Assembly: GCF_018350175.1 (NCBI RefSeq)
Contig: NC_058368.1
Coordinates: forward strand, 153,824,001 to 153,888,000
Source: Felis catus
Lineage: Eukaryota
Length of the DNA stretch: 64,000 bases
Reading direction: 5' to 3'
Below the pieces are notes generated by a model, which saw only the letters and a program-made list of their open reading frames with translations, had not been told where the DNA came from and searched no databases. Positions 54,496-64,000 of the stretch are shown piece by piece. Numbering within the stretch: position 1 is the stretch's first letter; each line of letters starts with the position of its first letter. Made by a program: the position numbers and the translations under genes.

Positions 54496-57139
54496 TATTG
54501 ATTGACAGACAGGAAGATAGATCTTGTGTGTGTATGTGTATAAATACACATACATTTACACACATATAAATATACACTTCAAATCATAGCTATAATGTTT
54601 ATTTTTCATCTTGAATTAAATAAGTTGCATTAATTTCAAGAGCTTGAATGAATGTGGTTTATGTTTCGGTGTGAAGCAACAAGTGACTTCTCCATTCATC
54701 AAAAGTTTGTTGAAAGCGTGGTTAACCAGTAGAACACAAGAACCTGTGGAGCAGACAAAGATTAATTATACCTGTACTCATGCAGCAATGTTTGTGTTCC
54801 AAACAAATTATATTTGCTTGTGTTTAAACGATGCATAAATCTGATGCGTGCAGATGAACGTGTGTTCAGGATGGGTGAGCACACTTGTTTGAATGTCATA
54901 TTTATCCCTGTATTTTGTCAGAAAATTAACTTCTTTGGAGTTTGTGCTTGAGCTGAGCATATGGTTGTTGATCTCTGGAGATGACAGCCTATCTGAGCAA
55001 TAGCTCCTTATGGCTCCAGCTCTCCTCGGCTGGCAGATGCTTTGGGCTTTTCTACAATTAAGTGGAGATCATCACTGTTTTCTTTGAGCACTGCTGTGCC
55101 TTGTACTCTGAAGTGTTTTGTTAATCACTGTCTGCCTTCGACAGAAGCTGCCAAAGCTCTCATTAAGTTTGAATTTTGAGATGTCATGCTCGAATGATGG
55201 AATTTCATCCTTTTTCTGCATGAATGGAATTGGCTATGGAAAGGTGCCAGAAAAAAAATCATGTCACTAAAGTATACTTGCTTTATATTTTGGGGATGAA
55301 ACAAAAGGCAGTTGGGGGAGGAGGAGCTCCCAATAATTTGTCAATTCTGCAGCCTATAGTTTCCTAGGTGATATGATTGTTAAGTGCTCACCCTTATTAA
55401 TAGGAACAGTTCCCTTACAGCACATATCAACAGTCAGTCATTTCCTTTTTCACAAAGTGAACTTTAAATCTCTTCTCTTACTTGCCCCAAGACCTTTCGT
55501 GGCATTTGATATCGACTCTCAGTATGTTGAAATGAAAGTAGTATGCAAGTTGCCCAGAACTAAAGCAATTTCTTTAATAACCTGTCTGTCTAATTGGGGG
55601 CAGAAGAAGATATTTGGTAGTACAGGGGAAAAAAGCCATTTTTGCCCTTCAAAATAATTGCTTGCAATTGTATAGACTGGAAACTCAATGCATCTGTTGA
55701 CTATTTAATGATTTGCTGCAGGAAACTAAGTGTTATGGGAAATATGGTTTGAAAAGACATTATCCTTTTCTCTTGGTGAATCTAATTGTTTCATGTGAAT
55801 GACTAAAAGTAGAAAATAAGCCTTGAAGAAAAAAATACTTAGAGTAATTAGCTCTAATGCCTAATCACTGGAGTCATAAGCATTTGGAAATTTATTAACT
55901 GATCTATAAAGTCCTACACTTGCAAAGCCTGACATCTACTTGTCCGCAAACTTCAAAAACAACATTGTTTTTGTGTCTGCTTTGTCTGTAGCTCAAATCT
56001 TTTTACTCAATAACATATGCGATGATGGTTATTTCATTGAAATGTTTTAATGGTCACTAACAAAATGAAATTCAAACGTGTCACTTACCAGTAGGAAGAA
56101 CTGGCTACTTTGACTACAATAACTTTAGCATCTTTGCTTCTTTATAAATACAACCTGCATTTTCCATACGGCCAGGAATAGACTTCAGAACACACAGGGT
56201 AAGAACAGTGTCCACCACTTTTAGACCATTTTAATGACTATGCATGTTGAAAGTGGCTGATTTAAATGATGGTTGAGAGTTCTGAAGCATAATGTTAGTT
56301 ATTGGTTTTTTATAGCTCTCTAATGACAAGGAGATTATTAATTTCTATGTTCTAGGAACAATTGAAGGACACAATCTAGGTATCTTGCTCTATAGTAGTA
56401 AGTGAGTACCATATGAGCTGAGATAGGAACTGGAAGGAAACAGACAAGTTTATATTGATAAAAACTCCAATCTTAATCTTCTGTCCCCTGTTTAGACAAA
56501 GAAGATCACTCATTTTACATAATTTGATTTGTGCAATGAGATCCTGTTGTCCAGCATCCCTCTCCCACCTGGGTTTTAAGAACTGCCTTTAGAAGGAAAA
56601 AGGATATTCTGTTGAAATAAACACAGGACTGTAAGATCGGGCCACTGTTCATAGGTGTGAGCCCTATGGGCCATAGGAAAGCCACAAAACTTGTCAAACC
56701 TCATTAACTATTTGGCCTATATGCCTCAAAGTGGCATTCTAAGTATAACAGAAGTTGAATGTAAAAGATCACTGAAAACAACACACTGTATAAAGGTAAG
56801 GCAACATAGCTCCAACATTTAACTTCAAAACCTAGTACTTTCTTCACAGACTCCCTTTCTCTAGACTCAAGGTTTAAGAAGGATCTAATGTCCAAAATCA
56901 GCCAAAAAGGTACTCTTCTAGTGGCATTTTCTATAGTGGTATAATAGAGAACTTAGTAAAGCTATGTCTCAGGAAATATATTACTTATACATTTTTAGGT
57001 ATGCTTTTGAAGCCTATATTCTTGACTTGATAGTTATTTAAATACATTTCAATCATATTTATTCTTCTCTGGTATTATCCTAAGTAAGTCATTTCCTATG
57101 TGTTAAATAAAGTCAATTATTAACATTTATTTTTGTTAA

Positions 57140-57325
57140 GGAGCTCCTGGGTGGCTCTGTCAGTTAAGCTTTCGACTCTGGATTTCAGCTCAGGTCATTA
57201 TCTCATGGTTTGTGAGTTCAAGCCCCATGTTTGACAGTGCAGAGCCTGCTTGCTGTTCTCTCTCTGCTTCCCTCTCTCTGCCCTTCCTCTGCTCACACAC
57301 ACATGCTGTCTCTCTCTCAAAGTTA
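57140..57325 (+). mobile_element. Can-SINE
   Basis: ggagctcctgggtggctctgtcagttaag head; (CT)n tract. Confidence 0.88.
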
Positions 57326-59209
57326 ATATTTAAAGTGGAAAATTCTTTTACTTTTATTCAAAAATTACTTTATCTACTTTCATAAAGGTGCATAAGACAG
57401 CAAGGTAAGCTTTTTTGTAGTGTTAAGTGTAATCTTAAAAAATAAAAGTAGTAACTTCTCACTGTAGAAGTTACAGAAAGCAAGTAAACAGAAAAATTCA
57501 GAGGGAGAAAAACCAACACAATACCGTTACATAGAGTTAACCGCTCAAAGATTCAGGTATAGGTCCCTTATCTTATGTTTTTGTTTTAGGTCATTGTAGC
57601 CATCCCAAATGTTACACAACATTGACTCCTGTGCTCTCTATTCAATGTCTTACGATTCTATGTGAATTCCTTAAGACTCTAAAATATCTTTATATATATG
57701 TAATTTTCACATACATGCTTTTATTATATGTATGGCATAGATAGTATAAATATTTTTTATATATTTTTTAACATTCTGCAAATCTGAGCAGTTAGTCTTT
57801 TTCCAATGTTTTGCAGATCTGTATAAAATGTACTAAATATTTTTGTGTATAAAATTTTGTCTGAATTTGGCATCTTTGTGTTATTTTAGATTTTGAGAAA
57901 TAATAAACTCCTTACTTATATAGCCAAATTCCTTATTTCAGATTTTGATTTAAAGCAGGAAGGACATCCATTTTTCCGTCAATAGTAGAATTCTGTCTCA
58001 ATGAACTTCTGATTAGAGAGTGAAAATATTGTAAAGTTTTTACCTTTCTTATCACACACACATTGCAAAATGGAAAAAGAAATATTTTGCATAACAATAT
58101 CTAATGCCTTTCTGGAAGAAGCTCTAGATAACCATGTTGAAATACATATCTGTTAGCAATACCCTCAGTGTTTTGAATGATAGCAGAGAAGGCAGAAAAT
58201 CTTCCCCACCAAACCCACATTCTCTTTCAGATATTCTCTGATACTAGCATCCTTATCTTTTTAGTGCTTTTCCTCTTTTCTCCTCTTTAAAGAGCCATGT
58301 TAAGCATTTGCAGAGTATGTAGCATATAACAAATGCTCAATAAAGCAGGATTTTTTTTCTGTTACTAAAAATTGGCAGAGCGATGATATAACTCTAGTAA
58401 AACCATGAAGGGTCTATAATGAATTTCCAATACATATTAAGATTTCACTAGTTGGAGGAGAGGAAAACAAATCCTAAAATTGAGGAAACTCTTCCCCAGA
58501 GAGAACAAATCTGTTCTTAAAGACATCACTTTCTGGAGACATGCATCCACTTTTTTCCTGCCACAATTCTGGAGAAGTTTTCTGGAGCATACACCACTCA
58601 AATAGATATCAGAGGTTATGGTAACATTTTAATTATTGGGGGAAAAAGCAACAAAAATAAAAGATTTTTAAGATAGATTGCTGTCTTTGTACATATGTTT
58701 TTGTCTTTTTTTTTTTTACAGAACATTTTTTTATCTATAATTAAATGTCACCAGTATGAACTAAGTGCCAAAAAAACTTTGAAGTATTAAAAATAACTTT
58801 TGAAAAATACTTGGATTCATTTAAAATATAAAACAAATTTAAATCATACTCATATTTTAATGTCACATGTATTTTTGACTATTTCAAAATAGTCCATTTT
58901 GAAAACAAAATGTGTTGCTTATTTGAGGAAAGATCTTTTGCCAGCCAGCATATCACAGGTATGATGGGATGGCCTGTGGTCTGTTGGAAATAGTTCTGTC
59001 TCCTTGTCTCTAAAAAGAGACCGTTGGATAACCGGTGTAAGAAAACTTAATTCTCTGTTGTAAAATCAGTAGTAGTTATACCTAATTTATAATAATTCAT
59101 TCGCTGTTAATCATTAGATAGAAAGATATGTAATCATCAATAGGCATTTTTCAAGCCTAATTATTAGCAAATTATTACTGGTATCACATTATACACAGTA
59201 TACATAGTA

Positions 59210-59428
59210 ATTTTTTTAATGTTTATTTATTTTTGAGAGAGAGCGAGAGAGAGAGAGAGAGAGTGAGCATGAGCAGGGGAGAGAGAGAGGGAGACACAGA
59301 ATCCAAAGCAGGCTCCAGGTTCTGAGCTGTCAGCACAGAGCCCGATGCGGGGCTTGAACTCACAAACGGCAAGATCATGACCTGAGCCAAAGTCAGATGC
59401 TTAACTGACTGAGCCACCCATGCGCCCC
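59210..59428 (-). mobile_element. Can-SINE (felid type)
   Basis: Reverse GGGGCGCATGGGTGGCTCAG head; TSD cacagtatacata 59194-59206 / 59429-59441. Confidence 0.94.
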
Positions 59429-61274
59429 CACAGTATACATATTAAACCCTAATCTTCAATAGAAATGGCAATGAAAGTAGATTGAGTTGTAATACCAATA
59501 TTCTCAATAAAATGAAGTCCTACTGATTGAAATTTAACAGAATAAAGTATTTTGGATATTCTAACAGGTGTATTTAAAAAATATTCTTTCCCTAACAAGA
59601 ATGGATTTTACTTATGCATATTGTCAAAAACTAATCTCTTCTGGTAATACTTCCCAGAATAATACTTTTTTATAACCAGGAAATTGGGTGTGCTCTCTAA
59701 AGATTTCTTCATAATCATCTCCCTTCAAAATGAGCCTGAATTTTTTAATGTTGAGGAATGTAAAACACAGCCTATCATTTATATATTCTTGGACTGATGG
59801 GTAAGGCTTATTTTTATTTTTGTTTTACTTCTCTCTCTTTCTCTCTTGTTCTCTAAGACGTTTTATTTTTTAGAAGACAGTGCTACATTTGGTACAATTG
59901 CTGAGCCTGCATTAATATATCATGGTCACCCCAAATCCCTAATTTCCATTACGGTTCTTTCTTGGTGGACTTGCGCAAATGTCTAATGACATGTATTCAA
60001 CAATGTAGTATCAAATATTGTATTTTCACTATGCTATCTCTTCTTAAATACATGTAAGTATATTGTAACGAATATAGATTAAGACATTTTTTCGGTTTTT
60101 AAAATATGTCTTCTCTGAGTGGTGATTATATTCTTCTCTACATATTGCCTTAGCTGAGCTCCTAGAATCATTTCTCTATCCTCCTTTCCCTTTTTCCCCT
60201 TGCACACCCCATGATAGGATGAGGGCACAAGTGCTATTGCAAGCAATATTTCTTTACCAGGAATCAACTTCCAAGCAACAATTTTTATTTTCTGGCTTAT
60301 ATCATTTAATGTTTTTCTCTCTAATTGTTATTTGAATTATTTCCAAGGAGAAAACCTTTATACAACATATTCTACCCTCAAGGAGTTGACATCTGAAATA
60401 GAAAAAGAAAAAAATAACCTTCTACAGAAATATAATGGCAACCTCAAAATTTAATATGCTTTTATCTTTTGTATTCTAGAACACATAACCTTCTCCCTAG
60501 TCATCAAATGTCTAAATAAGCATGTACTATAAGGAAATGTAATGAGAAAAATTTAGTAGGTATTTATCTTCTGACACGTAAAAATAGGATTACAGATCCA
60601 GTCACTAGCTTTGCAATCAAGGCAGTTGTCTTGAGTGATACTTTTCTAAATTATCTAATATTTTATGTAGTATGATCCTGGAGGATCTTTGTCATGGAGT
60701 TCTTATAGTACATAAAGAAAATATCCCATTTGCCAGGTAGTGCTTCCTAGGAATTTGGAGTAGCAAAAAAAGAGGATTTGATGTAGTAGAAATCTTTTGT
60801 TTTCTACTTGAATGCAGCATTATTAGAAGCTGTGAACAAAAGAAACAAAACAAACAAACAAACAAAAGAACCAGCCAGAGTTTCTCTTGTCTCAGATTTA
60901 GAGAAGGGGAAGGCAGGGACTCAGTTACATCAAGATAGCAGTTCCTGGTGGCCACGTAGCAAGACTTGAGCTTAGCTAGCAGAACAGAGATAAGACCAAG
61001 AACTAGATGACAGTCAGTCTAGAGAGTTTTCCAGAGGGGCTGTGGTGAATTGAATGATTCCTCCTAACATAGCACTAGCTTTTCTCATAGAAGTATATAT
61101 TTGCACTCTCTAATGCAGATGATATACCTCCTCGCCAATGATTTTGCCTTGACCATACAATTTTTTGGCCAGTGGGCTCTGGCAAGAACTGGCAGTGTGC
61201 TTTTTCTGAGCCAGTGTCTTAAGAAGTATTGCGTGTTTCTGTTGGCCTCTCTTGCTCTTCAGCTCGCTCTCTCT

Positions 61275-61479
61275 TTTTAAGTTTGTTTGTTTGTTTGTTT
61301 GTTTGTTTAGAGAAATGAGCAGGGGAGGAAAAGAGACAGTGCGAGACAAGATCCCAAGCAGGCTCTGCCCTGTCAGCATGGAGCCCAGTGCGGGGCTTGT
61401 ACTTATGAACCCATGAGATCATGACCTGAGCCGAAATCAAGAGTTGGACGCTCAACCAACTGAGCCACCCAGGTGCTCC
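61275..61479 (-). mobile_element. Can-SINE, (AAAC)n tail
   Basis: Reverse GGAGCACCTGGGTGGCTCAGTTGG head. Confidence 0.92.
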
Positions 61480-61559
61480 AACTCTTCTGCTATCTATCAT
61501 GGAATGAGCCTACTGTAGATAGTGTCTAATTCTCAGAAAATAAACAAATGAAAAAACAC

Positions 61560-61718
61560 GCAAAAAATTCTGAACCAGATCTGTACCCTAAAGGATAGCC
61601 TCTCAGCCCAAACCATGAACCTATGAGCAAGAAAAATAAATGTTTGTTTTTGCGGGGTACTGAAGTGTGGGAGAGTTTTATATGCAACATTATCACAGGA
61701 GAAACCTGACTTATACAG
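61560..61718 (+). mobile_element. MaLR LTR (MLT1) 3' part
   Basis: atgagcaagaaaaataaatgtttgtt...gcaacattatcacaggagaaacctgacttataca MLT1 terminus. Confidence 0.6.
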
Positions 61719-62174
61719 AGGGTCACCAGAAGGACTTTGATGCCGGATGGCTACAGATAGCCTGTTGAAGACTAAATGAAATAATTCTTGTACCACCAGC
61801 AGAAGCCTAGATGAAGCCTAACCAGTACATGAATGCTGCCCTTTCCAAGGAGACTGAGGTAAGATTAGATTATGCCATCCAAGTCCTCCCCATCCAAGGC
61901 AGCTGGGCAAGCAGTACCTATATAACCTTAGGGACTGGAGGTGACAGGGGACTTTTCACCTGATTGCTTGACCCTTCCCTGTTTCCATAAGGTTATAGGC
62001 TCTTCTACTACACTTGGACTTCACCTTGACTTCACCTTACAAAGAAAAGCATGGAATGGAGAGTTTGAGAAACTGAGAATTGTTATTCAAGGCAATAAAT
62101 ACTTCTTAAAAAGACTATATCGTTACTTAGTTTAGACTTTAAAAATCGGCCTTTTTTTTAAAATACCAGCTTTT

Positions 62175-62550
62175 ACTTTTACTTTTATTTTTTAAACAAT
62201 TTTTTAAATTTGAGTAGAGTTGAGTTGAGTAGAGTTAAATTTGAGTAGAGTTGACACACACAGTTATGTTAGTTTCCAGTGTACAGCATAGTGATTTCAC
62301 AAGTTTATACATTGTGCTTTGCTCACCATAGGTGTAGCTATATATGTCACCATCCAATGCTATTACAATATCATTGGCCATATTCCTTATGTGGTGCTTT
62401 TCATTCCTGTGACTTATTCATTCCATAACTGGAAGCCTGTATCTCTCACTCCCCTTCATCCATTTTTCTATCTCCCAACCATGTGGCAACCATCAATTTA
62501 TTCTTTGTATTTATGCAGCCTTTCAATTTTCTTGGTTGCTTGTTTGTTTT
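62175..62550 (-). mobile_element. Carnivore L1 3' UTR fragment
   Basis: agttgacaca..gttagtttccagtgtacagcatagtgatt...ttccataactggaagcctgtatctc. Confidence 0.8.
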
Positions 62551-62947
62551 TCCTGATAACCACAAATTTGTAGGTAGGAGGGAAACTAGTATGGTTATAG
62601 GCTTAGAAAAGAATTTTTTCTCTATTTACTTGAGTTGTAAATTGAATGAAGACTAGTTAAGGTGGTCTGTAAAGGTTTCAAGGGGAAGTGTGAGATGAGT
62701 AGGATTATGGAAAAATGGGGAAAGATAAAGTTCAGCAAAAGATGATTGGGTTAAGTCTCAATTTTATTCCCTTTTTATCTGTATCTCGTGCTTACATATG
62801 CTCTGTGGTTGTTGTGAAGAAGGAAAATCACTCAAATCCCGGTTTAGTTTTTGAATTCAAGGGAAAATAATATCATAACTTAAATTCCTTTGTTGATACC
62901 TAAGAATTTTTAAAATTTTGGCCTTATCACATAAGAGTGAAGAGCTA

Positions 62948-63173
62948 GCGGCACCTGGGTGGTTCAGTCTGTTAAGCGACTGACCAGCTCTTGATCTCGA
63001 CTCAGGTCATGATCTCGACTCAGGTCATGATCTCAGGGTTCCTGGGATCAAGCACCACATCAGGTCCATGCTGACAATACTGAGCCTTCTTGGGTTTCTC
63101 TCTCTCCCTCCCTCTTTGCCCCTTGCTCACACACGCTCTCTCCCTCTCTCAAATAAATAAAACTTAAATAAAA
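62948..63173 (+). mobile_element. Can-SINE with an internal 18-bp tandem duplication
   Basis: ggcacctgggtggttcagtc head; TSD aagagtgaagagct / aagagtgaacagct. Confidence 0.92.
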
Positions 63174-64000
63174 AAGAGTGAACAGCTGAGTAAAAACATG
63201 CAAATGAGTGTAATTTGTCTTTAACTTAAGGTTCCTGTACATTTAAATATCACTTTTCTAGATAAACTATTTCCATGAAGGTTAAAAGGCAAAGAAAAAA
63301 ACAACCATTGTAACATTATTAATTTTCTGAGAAATCACTAGCAATGGAACCTTTTGTACTTAGAGTGTACTGTTCTTGCTACGTAAATCTCTAATAATTC
63401 AACTGTCACCATTCCAATTATTTCTGTTTACTTTAACTGAATCACAGAAGACATTGATATGCTCATGAAATTTGTAAAATATGCACACAGATAAAAGCAT
63501 TTGCTTTTTAAAAATGTATCTTTTGGCATTTTTAAAAAATCAACAATACCTTTTTATGGATTGAGTAGGGTTGTGGATAAATTTTATAATTTTGTTACCT
63601 ATAATATTATTGACCCTTAGTCTGTTATGTGTAATATTCAAATACTGAACAATCTTAATTTATTACAAATATCTACAATGGGCAATGGAGATTTCCTGTT
63701 CCTGTAGATTATAAAACAAAAGCATAAGGGGCTGATTTCATTTATTTCAAGACTATTGATTTCCAGTCCTTCTCTGCTAACTTTAAAAAAGTCACAATAG
63801 AGATTCATTTATTTTTATTAAAAATGATAAATCTTAAAGTATATTCTCTCTTTAGGGCTTTAAGATTTTACCTCTTTACATGCTTTTCGTAGTTCAGTGA
63901 AATATTTCTATGGAAATAATAGTGACAATAGCAGTTGGAACCAGATTAGAAATACAAGTGGTTCCTCCACAGGAAGATGCCTCAGAGGTTTGAAGATTGT

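Overview
AT-rich, repeat-dense mammalian DNA. It is almost certainly felid, because it carries felid-type tRNA-derived Can-SINEs (SINEC_Fc-like) and felid L1 3' UTRs. I found no host protein-coding gene, RNA gene or CRISPR array, so the window reads as intronic or intergenic. The long ORFs in the track come from LINE-1 or from SINE/simple-repeat read-through. Contents: about 20 Can-SINEs (three very young, with perfect TSDs), one full-length but frameshifted L1 (28380-34262), several L1 fragments, old L2/MIR/MLT/LTR16 relics, an ERVL pol relic and microsatellites. The clearest structure is a nested stack: the full-length L1 sits inside the inverted arm of a twin-primed L1, which sits inside an L2. 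Other unusual insertions are a second 5'-inverted L1 in a SINE tail, a SINE-L1 composite, two 3'-truncated L1s and a tail-only insertion with TSDs. More speculative candidates are a fragmented hAT-like transposase relic (about 12.2-17.1 kb), a TATA-plus-hairpin element near 45.3 kb, a CTCF motif and a 56-nt exon. I cannot support a new biological system from this sequence. Repeat family names are by-eye recognition and need Dfam/RepeatMasker confirmation.
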